Notes: generated by a model from the sequence alone, not told the origin. Shown: positions 20,781 through 31,779, counted from the stretch's first letter. The stretch: 64,000 bases of DNA from a virus (IMGVR_UViG_3300044678_001935:35982-99981), one strand, 5' to 3'. Numbers and translations: made by a program.

Positions 20781-21572
20781 ATGGCATTTTCACAAGATGA
20801 TGTTTACATCAGTCATCAACTTTCTATTGGTGAAGGTTTTCCCAAAAGAGTATTGAAGACCGGCGATGAAAAAGTTCGCGGATCTGCGGCGATTGAAGGT
20901 CCGGTTGTTATTGGTTCTTTAGACTCCTGGAATCAACAGACAGCAACGGTTATGATTGGTCCAGATGAGAATACTGATTCTGCAGGACCACAGTTGGATG
21001 ATGCTATTATTAGTTGTGGTAGTCACAATAATTCACCTTATTCTCTGCATGTAGTTGGTGACGGTAGAATTGATGATAATCTAGATGTAAAACGAGATGT
21101 AAATGCTGGTGGAATAGTAAGAGCAGGAAATAATATTGAATCTCAAGGTGATGTGACTGCATTATGTGGCGCCCATCGTTTATCACTGAAAAAGAATTTT
21201 GATATTCCTCACCCAACAAAACCTGGTTGGCGCCTAAGACATACGTGTACTGAGGCTCCTTATAATGATGTCTACATACGGGGAAGGCTCAAACATCAAA
21301 ACGAAATTATTCTCCCTGATTATTGGGAAGAGTTCGTAGATGTCAAATCCATAACAGTGAATGTAACACCCATCGGTGTATCACAGCATATTATGGTTTC
21401 AGGAATAACAAAGAAAAAAATTATTTTATCATCAAATTCCGTATTACCGATAGATTGTTTTTATCACGTATTTGCCACAAGAGCTGATGGTGATGTTCTT
21501 ATTCCAGAATATGAAGGAAACACACCAGACGATTATCCCGGAAACAATTCAGAATATCTTATTAACAAATAA
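20781..21572 (+). CDS. hypothetical structural protein
   Basis: 263-aa ORF in the structural operon. Confidence 0.35.
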   Translation: MAFSQDDVYISHQLSIGEGFPKRVLKTGDEKVRGSAAIEGPVVIGSLDSWNQQTATVMIGPDENTDSAGPQLDDAIISCGSHNNSPYSLHVVGDGRIDDNLDVKRDVNAGGIVRAGNNIESQGDVTALCGAHRLSLKKNFDIPHPTKPGWRLRHTCTEAPYNDVYIRGRLKHQNEIILPDYWEEFVDVKSITVNVTPIGVSQHIMVSGITKKKIILSSNSVLPIDCFYHVFATRADGDVLIPEYEGNTPDDYPGNNSEYLINK

Positions 21573-21573
21573 A

Positions 21574-21729
21574 ATGAAAGTAACCAGAGAAGTTAGCAAC
21601 GAACTTATTGAACTACAAGAGGATGTCGCATCTCAATTTTGTCAAGATAATTTTCCCATAAGTGGTGAACTTTATTGGACTCTCGTTGAATCTATTGCAA
21701 CCGCAAAACTGGCGGAAATTCAATCTTAA
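21574..21729 (+). CDS. small hypothetical protein
   Basis: In-frame ATG within track ORF 21472..21729, after the upstream stop; 51 aa. Confidence 0.25.
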   Translation: MKVTREVSNELIELQEDVASQFCQDNFPISGELYWTLVESIATAKLAEIQS

Positions 21730-21808
21730 CCAATTTACAAACTGGCATAGCCTAATCTCAAACCTTGGACGGATGTGGTATGATTGATTCATCTTCGCAC
21801 TTGAAGTC

Positions 21809-22006
21809 ATGAAAATTCAAAAGTCTACAATTCAATCAGCTTATCAACAATATCTTCAATCGGGAAATGACGATTGGTCTGCAAGAACATCAGTTATTGA
21901 ATCAATTATCAATATCGCTGATGTGGAAGACGAGAATTATGTTGAGCCACAAAGTCCAGAGTATTACTTCACAATCCAAACTATTTGGAATCTTTGTGAT
22001 TCATGA
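21809..22006 (+). CDS. small hypothetical protein
   Basis: 65-aa ORF preceded by the conserved AACTGGCA...TGTGGTATGAT module. Confidence 0.3.
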   Translation: MKIQKSTIQSAYQQYLQSGNDDWSARTSVIESIINIADVEDENYVEPQSPEYYFTIQTIWNLCDS

Positions 22007-22247
22007 GACCGGAAACCCGCAAAGCTATGGAAATGTTGTTTGCCGCTAAATGGAATCTTCCAAAGGCGGCAGAGTATTGTAATCTTACAAATAAAGAATG
22101 CAAAATCGTTTTTAGTGAATATTGTATGTTGAATCCACCTACATACCATGAAACTTAAAAAACCGCTTTTACGTTACCTTTTCTATCTGATAATTATAAG
22201 CTAATGACAAAGATTTTGCTAGATGTATTTCTTATTTTTGGTGTTGT

Positions 22248-22556
22248 TTGTTTTGCGTCACTTCTTCTAACTCTAAATTAATGTATAATCTATCTGTAGA
22301 TTATCATTGGTATCGGACTCCTGAAAACGACGTAGAAATTATAAAAGTCTTTAATATCAATAACATTACTTATTCCTTTGATTATATTCCTTCTTTAGAA
22401 TTAGATAATCCGTCTGTTGTTGAGATTGCTGAAAATAACCCGGTTCTAACAGCAGACGATCTTTTTAGAATGTCTTATTATCTTGTTGCCGAGATGGTTC
22501 ATCCTCTTCTTTTTGAATTAGAAGTTGATGATCCATCGCTTCTTCCCAAGGATTAG
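22248..22556 (+). CDS. hypothetical protein
   Basis: 102-aa ORF. Confidence 0.35.
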   Translation: MFCVTSSNSKLMYNLSVDYHWYRTPENDVEIIKVFNINNITYSFDYIPSLELDNPSVVEIAENNPVLTADDLFRMSYYLVAEMVHPLLFELEVDDPSLLPKD

Positions 22557-22595
22557 TGGGCGATAAATAATAACACAAGGAATGTTATAGAACCC

Positions 22596-25500
22596 ATGAG
22601 TCTGACTAGGCTGGAGAATTTTTTACGATCTGTTAAAGGGTCTACAATTTATGTAAACAGTGATAGCTTAGATTCCACTGATAGTATTGAAAATACCGGG
22701 TCTTCTCTTACAAGACCATTTAAAACAATTCAACGTGCTTTAATTGAGGCAGTTAGATACAGCTATAGAGCTGGTTTGGATAATGACCGATTTGGTAAAA
22801 CAACCATTATCGTCTATCCTGGAGAATATGATATTGACAATAGACCCGGTGTTCTTATTAAAGACGACGGGTCTTTGCTGTATAGAAATAGTCTTACCGC
22901 TTCTCTCCCCGAATGGAATCTTTCCAGCAATTTTGATATCTATAACCAGAATAACGAATTATACAAACTTAACTCTATTCATGGTGGAGTTTTTATTCCT
23001 CGTGGTGCTACTCTGTGGGCTTATGATCTAAGAAAAACTATTATACGACCACTTTACGTCCCTAGTCCAACGAACAATAGTATAGAAGAAAGTTCAGTAT
23101 TCCGACTAACTGGCGCATCTCTCCCAGAAAGATTCACTTTTCTTGATTCAAATCCAAATGGCTCCTGCTATAAGGATTATACGTCTAATAAATTCGCTCC
23201 TATTTTCTCCCACCATAAACTACACTGTTATCTCAATGCTGATGGTGTTAATGATGTAGTAGTTAATGATGATTTTCTCAACGTAACTACAACAAGAACT
23301 GATCTTGAAATGTATTATGAGAAAATCTCTCTTGTTTATGGTGAATCCTCTGGCAGAGAAATTCAAGACGTAATTTATTCACCTAATCTTTCTCTTGATC
23401 TAGAACCTATTATTGATGAGATTCGTATTGTAGGTTCAAAAGGAAAAGAAGTAGGAATCACAACAATTCGCTCTGGTGATGGTGTAACACCATCAACCAC
23501 AATAACAGTATTTGTCTCAGAAGAATTAACCGACGTTAGCGTAGACACTCCAATTCAAATTAGCGGTGTTGGACAAGCTGGCTATGATGGTCAATTTGTT
23601 GTTTATAATGTAATAAGCTCTTCTCAGTTAGAATATAAAACATCAATTGTTCCAACAGTTGCAAGTCCGTCTACTGTAGGATCAACTCTTAATATTGTTG
23701 TTGATAGTGTAACATCAGCTTCACCGTACATAAAAACCAATACACTAAGAAGTGTTTATGGTATGTGTGGTTATAAGGCTGATGGTAATGTTGTTTCGGG
23801 TTTTAAGAGTGCCGTAGTATCAGAATTTACCGGAATTAGCGTTCAGAAAGATGATAACGCTTTCGTAAAATATGATTCTGTTAGCGGAACTTATAGAGAT
23901 TCAACAACGGTTCCCAATCTACATAAGGATCCAAGAGCAAGATATAAACCAGAATACGAACACTATCACCTAAAGTTTATCAATAATGCTTTTGGTGAAG
24001 TTGTGTCCAGCTTTGCTATTGGTATGGCAAATCAGTATGTCGTAGAATCTGGCGGAGATATTACTATAACCGCATCCAAGTCTGATTTTGGTGCCAAAGC
24101 CTTGGTCTCTGATGGATTCAAAAAAGAGGCTTTTACTCAAGACGATCAAGGTTATTTTGTTGGGTTTGTTCCACCGAAAATCGTTGGTACCAATACATTC
24201 AATGTGGAATTTTATTCTGTTGATGTTGGCCTAACAACTTCCGTTGCCAATAACACCAGGCTTTATATCTCAGAAGCAAAGAATATTGATTCACCCCCAA
24301 TCCATCTTGTTGATGGTTACAGATTTGGTGCTAACAGTAATGAAATTCTAGGTGTTGAGCTGTCTAACGGAACCACTGTTGGAATTTATACAGCTAAAGT
24401 CTTACAGCCGAATAGTGCAACATCTTCTGAAAAGTCATATACTGTTGCAAGAATCAATAATAACACAGAAAACTCCATAACTAATAACACCTTTAACCTG
24501 AATTCACCCCATAACATTGTAACAGGTGAAAAGATTAGAGTTGTGTCTGAAAATGGTCATCTTCCTGATGGTTTAATTTCTCATAGAGTTGGTTATGCTA
24601 TCACTACGGGTTTACCTGCAACAAGAATTAAAATTGCGGAAACCTTCAATAATGCACTGTCTAATAATGCGATAACTATAAATCGTAAAGGTGGAAATCT
24701 TAGTATTGTTAGTAAAGTATCCGATAAACTACCAGGAGAAGCCGGGCATCCTATTCAATGGGATTCAACCAATAATAATTGGTATGTGAATGTTGATTCC
24801 ACGAATTCTGTGTATTCTCAATTGAATACTTTAGGAGTCTCTGTTTTAGGATCTTCTACTCCAAGATCTTTTATTTCAAGAACAACAGATTCTCGTTCAG
24901 ATGAAGATAAGATTTTTAAAATTCAATATGTTATTCCATCAAACACTAATGTTTCAGGTAGACCACCGCTGGAATCCTATGTGATTCAGGAGTCTAATGA
25001 TGTTCTTTTAGATTCAACCGAAATTGTTAAATATTTCTCTGATTCTGTTTCAACTCTTAATAATGTATCAGAACTGAGGAATTATCATTACATTTCTAAT
25101 GTAACTTGGGATTCTGGTTTTGCTACCGTCTGGACTGAAACTCCACACAATCTTTCTATTGGAACAAAAATTGAAAGTATTAATGTTATTGAAGGTGAAT
25201 ACCTTGTAAGTGGCATTGTTGATGATAAAAAATTCACTGTTCCTCTTTCTACCAATCCCGGAACATTTAATGTAGATACAACACAAAGAAATCAAAATCT
25301 TCCATACTTTAAAAAGCTGGAGACTGCAAATACATATCAAATTTATAAAGTAAACGAAGTTCAAGAGTATATCTATAATAAGCAAGACGGTGTTTATGAG
25401 TTTATTGTTGTAAATACCTCTAATTCTCCGACTGTTTCTCCATTCCAAGGTCTTAAATTCTCTCAACCAATAGAGAACCTATATCCGCAATTAGATAGAG

Positions 25501-27263
25501 ATAATGTAGAATCTGATCCAGATTCAGCACTATGTTTTGCTCTTCCAGATAAGATCGGTGAAGTTGTTATCAATAAAGAACAGAACTCCTTAACAAAGGA
25601 AACCAAGTATAAAATAGATAAAGACTTTAATCATGGTTATGAGGTTGTAAATATCATTTCAAATTCTTCTGGTATTGCTCATACTTTTACTACCGGAACA
25701 ACCCACAACCTCAGAGGTATAACAAATCTATCACTTCTTACCGCTGGTAGTAATTATATTCCAGGGACTTATTATGCTGCTAATGTGTTAGCCCAAGAGG
25801 GAACCGGAAGAAATGCTAATGCGAGAATTACTGTAAATGGTAGTGGCTTTGTTAGTGGACTCCAAATTATGGATGGTGGTGCGGCCTATTGTGTTGGTGA
25901 TGTTGCTAATCTAGTTCCTGTTGCGGGAATTGGAACAACAACCGGCTTTGTTCCTGCTACTATTATTGTAACAAGTGTAAATGATAATCTGAATGATACT
26001 TTCTATTTTAATAATAGCACCACACCATTTAGAATCACTGCCGTTGAGGATCATAATAAAATTCAGGTTTCGTCTGCTACAACCGCAGTAGGATTGGATA
26101 ATGGTGATATTACACCCTCAGGTAAGGCTATTTCAATAACAACCTTTAGTTATTCTCCAACCACTGGTATAGCAACGGCAATTTGCTCTGGTTCACATGG
26201 ATTCCAGGTTAATGAAACCACAATTTTAGGTGGATTTGATTCTGAATTTTATAACAAACAAGTTCTAATTAAACAAGTTCCTGATATCACGTCTATTATT
26301 GTGGATCTAGGTAAAAATACAACTTCTCCGGTAACTACTGGAACTCCGTTTGTCTATCCGACATTGACGGCAAATCACGGAAAAGTCTTGTATCCTTATG
26401 GTGGTATAAGTGCAACACTAGCGTCACAATTAACTTCAGAGTCTACTTCTGATGTATTAACAATTGCCAACGCTGTGAGTCTCGGTCTTATTATTGGGGA
26501 TTTTGTTAAAGTTGACGATGAGGTATTCAGAATTAAATCCGATATCACATCTAATAATATTTCTGTCTTCCGCGCCCAACTGGGTACTAAGAAACAAACT
26601 CACCCAATTAATTCGGTTGTCAGAAAAATCAAAGTTACTCCCGTTGAATTAAGAAAGAGTTCTAGCATTAGGGCTTCTGCTCATACTTTTGAATCAGTTG
26701 GTTTTGGTCCTGGTAACTATTCAACGGCTCTCCCAGAGAGACAGACTATAACGATAACAACAAAAGAAAAAAATCTGGCACATAGCTTTAAGACAAATTC
26801 TGGAGTTATTAATTATAGTGCTAATGATGAAAATGGTGATCTTTACACAACCAATAAGAAAACTTATGCTCATACCGGAGTTGAAGAAGTTTATGAATCT
26901 CCAATTTCTAATATTCTAGGTGATCCGAAAACAAATGATCTCCTCACCAGTAGTAATGTTATTGTAAATAATACCATTAAGATTTCTGGTGGATCTGAAG
27001 GCGATTTATTATCTGAGATTTATGGCCCTCTTGTTTTGAATAATAAGCTAACTTCTTATTCAGATAAGGGTATTGAGGCTCCTTGTTTTCTCATTCAAGG
27101 TCAAGAGTCAACATCCAGAAAAATTGGTGTTGGTTCAACTACTCCGACTTCTGGTGGTTATGGAGATATTATCTTCAACAGTAAGCCAAAAAATGGTGGA
27201 TATATTGGTTGGTCTTATACCGTTGACAATAGATGGATTGGTTTTGGTAAAATCGGTTCTTAA
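22596..27263 (+). CDS. very large structural protein (1555 aa; baseplate wedge or fibre component)
   Basis: Long uninterrupted ORF rich in Thr/Ser/Asn/Val, typical of beta-rich virion proteins. A GATAAATA late-promoter-like element lies at 22562-22569 upstream. Confidence 0.5.
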   Translation: MSLTRLENFLRSVKGSTIYVNSDSLDSTDSIENTGSSLTRPFKTIQRALIEAVRYSYRAGLDNDRFGKTTIIVYPGEYDIDNRPGVLIKDDGSLLYRNSLTASLPEWNLSSNFDIYNQNNELYKLNSIHGGVFIPRGATLWAYDLRKTIIRPLYVPSPTNNSIEESSVFRLTGASLPERFTFLDSNPNGSCYKDYTSNKFAPIFSHHKLHCYLNADGVNDVVVNDDFLNVTTTRTDLEMYYEKISLVYGESSGREIQDVIYSPNLSLDLEPIIDEIRIVGSKGKEVGITTIRSGDGVTPSTTITVFVSEELTDVSVDTPIQISGVGQAGYDGQFVVYNVISSSQLEYKTSIVPTVASPSTVGSTLNIVVDSVTSASPYIKTNTLRSVYGMCGYKADGNVVSGFKSAVVSEFTGISVQKDDNAFVKYDSVSGTYRDSTTVPNLHKDPRARYKPEYEHYHLKFINNAFGEVVSSFAIGMANQYVVESGGDITITASKSDFGAKALVSDGFKKEAFTQDDQGYFVGFVPPKIVGTNTFNVEFYSVDVGLTTSVANNTRLYISEAKNIDSPPIHLVDGYRFGANSNEILGVELSNGTTVGIYTAKVLQPNSATSSEKSYTVARINNNTENSITNNTFNLNSPHNIVTGEKIRVVSENGHLPDGLISHRVGYAITTGLPATRIKIAETFNNALSNNAITINRKGGNLSIVSKVSDKLPGEAGHPIQWDSTNNNWYVNVDSTNSVYSQLNTLGVSVLGSSTPRSFISRTTDSRSDEDKIFKIQYVIPSNTNVSGRPPLESYVIQESNDVLLDSTEIVKYFSDSVSTLNNVSELRNYHYISNVTWDSGFATVWTETPHNLSIGTKIESINVIEGEYLVSGIVDDKKFTVPLSTNPGTFNVDTTQRNQNLPYFKKLETANTYQIYKVNEVQEYIYNKQDGVYEFIVVNTSNSPTVSPFQGLKFSQPIENLYPQLDRDNVESDPDSALCFALPDKIGEVVINKEQNSLTKETKYKIDKDFNHGYEVVNIISNSSGIAHTFTTGTTHNLRGITNLSLLTAGSNYIPGTYYAANVLAQEGTGRNANARITVNGSGFVSGLQIMDGGAAYCVGDVANLVPVAGIGTTTGFVPATIIVTSVNDNLNDTFYFNNSTTPFRITAVEDHNKIQVSSATTAVGLDNGDITPSGKAISITTFSYSPTTGIATAICSGSHGFQVNETTILGGFDSEFYNKQVLIKQVPDITSIIVDLGKNTTSPVTTGTPFVYPTLTANHGKVLYPYGGISATLASQLTSESTSDVLTIANAVSLGLIIGDFVKVDDEVFRIKSDITSNNISVFRAQLGTKKQTHPINSVVRKIKVTPVELRKSSSIRASAHTFESVGFGPGNYSTALPERQTITITTKEKNLAHSFKTNSGVINYSANDENGDLYTTNKKTYAHTGVEEVYESPISNILGDPKTNDLLTSSNVIVNNTIKISGGSEGDLLSEIYGPLVLNNKLTSYSDKGIEAPCFLIQGQESTSRKIGVGSTTPTSGGYGDIIFNSKPKNGGYIGWSYTVDNRWIGFGKIGS

Positions 27264-27264
27264 T

Positions 27265-27272
27265 TATAAATA
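27265..27272 (+). promoter_or_regulatory. T4-type late promoter TATAAATA
   Basis: Exact TATAAATA about 30 nt upstream of the ATG at 27302. Confidence 0.4.
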
Positions 27273-27301
27273 ATAAAAAGAGTGGATAGGGAAACTCTAT
27301 T

Positions 27302-29467
27302 ATGGCAAATAATAATTTTGTTGTAAAGAACGGAATTGAAGTAGCAAATAAGTTACTTTATGCTGATTCTATTACCAATAGAGTTGGTATTGGAACTTCA
27401 ACTCCGACTGTGGAATTGGATGTTGCTGGTGATGTTAGACTAGACAATCTAACTATTTCTGAGATTTTATCGTTATATGGTAATGTCCGGCTTAATGGTC
27501 AACTAGGTTCGGAAGGGGATATTTTATCCGTAACTGGTACTGGTGTTACCTGGCGCCCAGCACCAGGATTGAGAAGTCTTGCTAGTTTTAATGCAACTCA
27601 AGATCAGTTTATTTTTAACGTTCTTTATACACCAGCCAATGGTGTTGATGTTTTCTTAAACGGTGCTAGATTATCAGCTAGTGATTATGTTGCAAGTAAC
27701 GGAACAACTGTAGAATTAATTGTTCCTTGTTATGCCGGGGATAAGGTAGACATTGTTTCCTACTCAGTTTTCGGTGAATCAAATCCTGGTATAACGATTA
27801 AAGAAAATTCGGTCGCTGTTGGTTCTAATAATGCTATCAACGAAATCAACTTTGTTGGCTTCACAAGTGTATCTTTAAGCAGTAGTGGTCTGGGTATTAG
27901 TGTATTCAGTAATTTTTATGAATTTGATAATATAGATCTGACTGGTAAGCTAGCTTTCTATGAAGATACTCCTAACTGCCCAAATTATATCGGGTTTCAG
28001 GCTCCTTCAGCATTTACTACATCAACCACATATACTCTTCCAACAGCCTATCCACCTGATCCTGGAATGGTATTATCGTCAAATACCGTTGGTATTCTGA
28101 CTTGGGTTACTGGCGTTGGTGGCAGCAGTGGTGGTGCATTTAGTTACATTAACGTTGATAATATTACGTCAACAAATTTAACATCCCACCCCAGTTTAAC
28201 TTCAGCTAATCACAACTTTTTTGTTGGCAGCAATAGCGGCACATCTATTACTTCTGGTGATGATAATACTTTTATTGGTCGGGATTCAGGAAGAACTAAT
28301 ACAATTGGTGCCCAAAACGTTTTTATTGGTTATGAAGCGGGAAGATCTAACATTGATGGGGGATCTAACGTTTTTATTGGTCGCGGGGCGGGTTATTCTA
28401 ACAATTACGCATATTCCAATGTTTTTATTGGTGATCAAGCAGGAAGAAGTAATACAGTTGGAAACAATAACGTATTTCTAGGTTTTTATGCTGGTAATGG
28501 TAATGTGGGAGGTGAACATAATGTTTTTACCGGAACCTACGCAGGCACGAGTGTTGCTAGTGGTTCATATAATATTATGTCTGGATATCTAGCTGGAAGA
28601 GAGTCTACTGGTTCTAATAACATTTTTCTTGGAGCTTCTGCTGGTTCCAATCATATATCTGGGGATTATAATATAGCTATTGGCCCTGCTGCCGGAGGAA
28701 AGGGTGGATCATTCAATATTGCTATGGGGTCGGATGCTGGGCAGAATAATATAGGAACTCGGAATATCTTCATAGGTGAAGACTCTGGTTTGCGGAATAC
28801 AACGGGTAATTATAATAGTTTTTATGGTAGAAACTCTGGCAGTGAAAATAAGACTGGTTCTAGTAACATTTGTATTGGTGATTTTTCTGGTTGGAATAAT
28901 ATTAGTGGTAATCAGAATCTTTATCTTGGTGCTTCTTCGGGTGTTTCCACTAACGCTTCGTATAAAGTAATCATAGGTAATGGTAGATATCTAGACCAAG
29001 CGAATCCTTTTGATTCCCCAAGTACAACCAAAGATTTACAATTAGCCATCGGTATGAGAACCGATACTAATGCCAGTAAGTATTGGATAGTTGGTGATGA
29101 GAATTTCAACATTGGTATCGGAACAACTGCCCCAACTTCTAAATTAGATGTTATTGGAATCACAAGACTTCAAGATAATGTTACAATTGGTTCTGGTTCT
29201 ACAATGTTAGGATCCAGACTAACTGTTAATGGAAATTCTAATTTTCTTGGTATAGCAACTATTGGTATTGGATCTACTGTTGGTGCGCCAACATTAGATG
29301 TTCGTGGTAATGCTAGTATTAGTGGTATTGTTACTGTTGGATTGGGAACTACTTCTAGCCCGTCTAATTCTTCTATGAGTTTTGAGCTTACAACAAATAC
29401 ATCTTTGATTATAAAAGTCAGAGGAACTGATGGTGTTCTTAGAAGTACAACTCTCACATTAGCATAA
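27302..29467 (+). CDS. fibre protein with glycine-rich beta-helix-like repeats
   Basis: N-terminal and C-terminal IGIGTTxPTxKLDVxG segments. The central region has tandem roughly 19-20-aa repeats NxFIGxxAGRSNT..N (NVFIGYEAGRSN, NVFIGDQAGRSN, NIFLGASAGSN and so on). Confidence 0.5.
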   Translation: MANNNFVVKNGIEVANKLLYADSITNRVGIGTSTPTVELDVAGDVRLDNLTISEILSLYGNVRLNGQLGSEGDILSVTGTGVTWRPAPGLRSLASFNATQDQFIFNVLYTPANGVDVFLNGARLSASDYVASNGTTVELIVPCYAGDKVDIVSYSVFGESNPGITIKENSVAVGSNNAINEINFVGFTSVSLSSSGLGISVFSNFYEFDNIDLTGKLAFYEDTPNCPNYIGFQAPSAFTTSTTYTLPTAYPPDPGMVLSSNTVGILTWVTGVGGSSGGAFSYINVDNITSTNLTSHPSLTSANHNFFVGSNSGTSITSGDDNTFIGRDSGRTNTIGAQNVFIGYEAGRSNIDGGSNVFIGRGAGYSNNYAYSNVFIGDQAGRSNTVGNNNVFLGFYAGNGNVGGEHNVFTGTYAGTSVASGSYNIMSGYLAGRESTGSNNIFLGASAGSNHISGDYNIAIGPAAGGKGGSFNIAMGSDAGQNNIGTRNIFIGEDSGLRNTTGNYNSFYGRNSGSENKTGSSNICIGDFSGWNNISGNQNLYLGASSGVSTNASYKVIIGNGRYLDQANPFDSPSTTKDLQLAIGMRTDTNASKYWIVGDENFNIGIGTTAPTSKLDVIGITRLQDNVTIGSGSTMLGSRLTVNGNSNFLGIATIGIGSTVGAPTLDVRGNASISGIVTVGLGTTSSPSNSSMSFELTTNTSLIIKVRGTDGVLRSTTLTLA

Positions 29468-29475
29468 AATAACCA

Positions 29476-30870
29476 ATGACCTATCCTAACAGAGAACTAT
29501 CACAGTTTGCATCATTTTTAAAAGTTAATGATGTAAATCAAAAAATAGCAATAACAACCTCAGCAACCCCTTATATTGGTATTGGTTTAACTAATCCTTC
29601 TGAAAAGTTAGAAGTATTGGGTAACATAAAAGCCAGTGGTGTTGTGAGCGCAACTCAATATTTTGGTGATGGAAGTTCTTTGAGCAATGTAACTGCTATT
29701 GTGAATGGATATTTTGTTAATACTGTATCTGGTATTTGGACTGGATCCAGTGTCGGAATTGGAACTACACTTTTTCCTAATAAGTTAAATGTTAATGGAA
29801 ATGTTGGTGGATTTATTTTTTACTCTAATGCGCCGATTGGAACTGCACCTCTTAATGTTCAATCAACAACGAGAGTTAATAATCTCAATGTTCAATTTTT
29901 AGATGGTCTATCCGCACCTTCTAGTAATATTGTCGGTGAGTCTGATGTTCAAACTCTGGAGAATAAGACTCTTGTTCAGCCTGATATATCCATAATTAAA
30001 AATGGTTCGGCTAGTTTAACGGTGCCATCCACATCTGGCACTTTAATTAGTTCTGGATCTAGTGGTATTATTACCAGTGGAATGTATGCAAGTGGAAGTA
30101 TAAACGATTCTGTTATTTCTGTTGGCGCTGGAATTTCTTATGCTAAATTAAATCTAGGTAGTGCTATTAAGTCTTCTGATATTGATCCGAATAACAGAAT
30201 TCAAAATAATAAGTTAGTAAATAGTACGATCTCTGGAGTTTCTCTTGGTAGTAATTTATTAAATTTAGTTGCTGGTAGTTATATTGACGGTGGTTCTTAT
30301 AATGGCTCAGGTATTGTTACTTTTTCCATTCGGGCTAGTGTTGATAATGTTGCGAATACTCTTGTTGCTAGAGATGCAAATGGTAATGTAAATATTCAGG
30401 GTGCTAATTTTAACGGATCTATTCCTATTGGTGGAATTATTATGTGGAGTGGTGCGACTGTTCCTTCTAGTTGGGCATTATGTAATGGTGCTACTGTTAA
30501 TGGTGTTGCGACTCCAGATTTAAGAGATCGTTTTATTGTTGGTTCAGGTTCTGCTTATAACATTGGTAACACTGGTGGTGCGAATGCCGTTACTTTGAGT
30601 ATAGCTCAGATGCCGGCACACGCTCATGGCGGAGTGACTAACACCGATTTTCCAGATCACACACATAACGTTTCATTCCAAACAGAAAATGTGCCGAAGA
30701 ACCCAGGCCAAACATCGGTTATAACACCTAAACCTAATCTCAATTTCACTGTCGGGAGCAGCGGAGCCACATCTAGACACCAACACTCAATTAGCGCCGA
30801 GGGTGGTTCCAGCGCACATGAAAACCGTCCACCATATTATGCTTTGGCTTTTATTATGCGAGTTCAATAA
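29476..30870 (+). CDS. tail fibre protein with a C-terminal phage tail-collar domain
   Basis: C-terminus GGIIMWSGATVPSSWALCNGATVNG..PDLRDRFIVGSG...LSIAQMPAHAH matches the tail-collar (Collar) domain signature W..C.G..LPDLRGRF...LP.H.H. The N-terminus has fibre-type IGIG..KLEVLG motifs. Confidence 0.6.
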   Translation: MTYPNRELSQFASFLKVNDVNQKIAITTSATPYIGIGLTNPSEKLEVLGNIKASGVVSATQYFGDGSSLSNVTAIVNGYFVNTVSGIWTGSSVGIGTTLFPNKLNVNGNVGGFIFYSNAPIGTAPLNVQSTTRVNNLNVQFLDGLSAPSSNIVGESDVQTLENKTLVQPDISIIKNGSASLTVPSTSGTLISSGSSGIITSGMYASGSINDSVISVGAGISYAKLNLGSAIKSSDIDPNNRIQNNKLVNSTISGVSLGSNLLNLVAGSYIDGGSYNGSGIVTFSIRASVDNVANTLVARDANGNVNIQGANFNGSIPIGGIIMWSGATVPSSWALCNGATVNGVATPDLRDRFIVGSGSAYNIGNTGGANAVTLSIAQMPAHAHGGVTNTDFPDHTHNVSFQTENVPKNPGQTSVITPKPNLNFTVGSSGATSRHQHSISAEGGSSAHENRPPYYALAFIMRVQ

Positions 30871-31023
30871 CGAAGATAAGAATCTTACCACAGAAACTCA
30901 AGACTGTCAATCCTCCGTGTGTCAATTCCAGAATCGGCATAGTGAAGGTTGACAGTTTCCCGTTTAGGGTGTAGGATCAGCCTTGTCAGCGTTGATGAAC
31001 ATTTACTATCTAATTAACTACTT

Positions 31024-31224
31024 ATGAATAAAACACTAAAGATTACTAATGGTATTGAATCATTTGATATTGAATGTACAAATAAGATTCATACTAGAGT
31101 CAGCGAAGAATGCCTACTTCAGATGACTTATAAGAACAAAATTATTCCAGAACAGGTAGTTCTACAAGTTCTGTTAGAAGAATTAAAAATTGCAAACAAA
31201 GAAGATTGGTCACTATGTATCTAA
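31024..31224 (+). CDS. small hypothetical protein
   Basis: 66-aa ORF after a promoter-like TTGACA-17-TAGGAT at about 30947-30975. Confidence 0.3.
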   Translation: MNKTLKITNGIESFDIECTNKIHTRVSEECLLQMTYKNKIIPEQVVLQVLLEELKIANKEDWSLCI

Positions 31225-31442
31225 TTTCAATCTGGTTTAATGTTCTAAATGGAACCTCATCCAATCATGAATTTTTTCATTTGATTAATTCTGGTTGGTT
31301 AGAGATGAAATTTATAGAAAAGTATGGAGATAATCCATCAGAAGAAGTTTACTGGGAATGGATGTATGAACATGCTGAAACAATTTATATTTCACAACAA
31401 GACTACGATTACCTAACTCGTGATGATGTTTTAAGTGAATAA
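31206..31442 (+). CDS. small hypothetical protein
   Basis: 78-aa ORF. Confidence 0.3.
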   Translation: MVTMYLISIWFNVLNGTSSNHEFFHLINSGWLEMKFIEKYGDNPSEEVYWEWMYEHAETIYISQQDYDYLTRDDVLSE

Positions 31443-31779
31443 TTATTTTGTTCGTCGTCGGGTCGCATTGAATCCTAAAACATTACCAGAAATCTTAGAA
31501 GGTCTGGCTAATGATAAGGATTGGAGTGTTCGTATTGAGGTTGCAGAAAATTCCAACACACCACCAGAAACCTTAGAACGGCTGGCTGATGATGAGAGTT
31601 CTTTTGTTCGTAGCTGTGCTGTACGAAATCCCAACACACCACCAGAAACCTTAGCTCGTCTGGCTAATGATGAGGATTGGTATGTTCGTCTTGGGGTTGT
31701 AATTAATCCCAACACACCACAATACATTAGAACTTATCTTAAAATTAAAAAGCTTCTGAATTATTATGAGCAATTATGA
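31435..31779 (+). CDS. LRV/HEAT-like repeat protein (26-aa repeats NPNTPPETLERLANDxDxxVRxxVA)
   Basis: GTG start within GTGAATAATTATTTTG. It has three 78-nt repeats and the conserved C-terminal tail NPNTPQYIRTYLKIKKLLNYYEQL. Confidence 0.55.
   Translation: MNNYFVRRRVALNPKTLPEILEGLANDKDWSVRIEVAENSNTPPETLERLADDESSFVRSCAVRNPNTPPETLARLANDEDWYVRLGVVINPNTPQYIRTYLKIKKLLNYYEQL

Noticed and set aside
30920-30960. Long-range inverted repeat ACTGTCAA...TTGACAGT between the tail-fibre gene and the next gene
   Set aside because: Stem of only 8 bp with a 38-nt loop and no T-run. It could be a chance match or a weak regulatory hairpin, and the evidence is insufficient.
31443-31727. Minus-strand ORFs antisense to the LRV-like genes (31443-31727, 32271-32600, 32643-32870, 39533-39724, 41360-41563, 63274-63543), all R/S/G-rich
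   Set aside because: They occur only opposite the repeat genes and repeat with the same 78-nt period, with no start context. Open antisense frames are a compositional by-product of the repeated sense codons.
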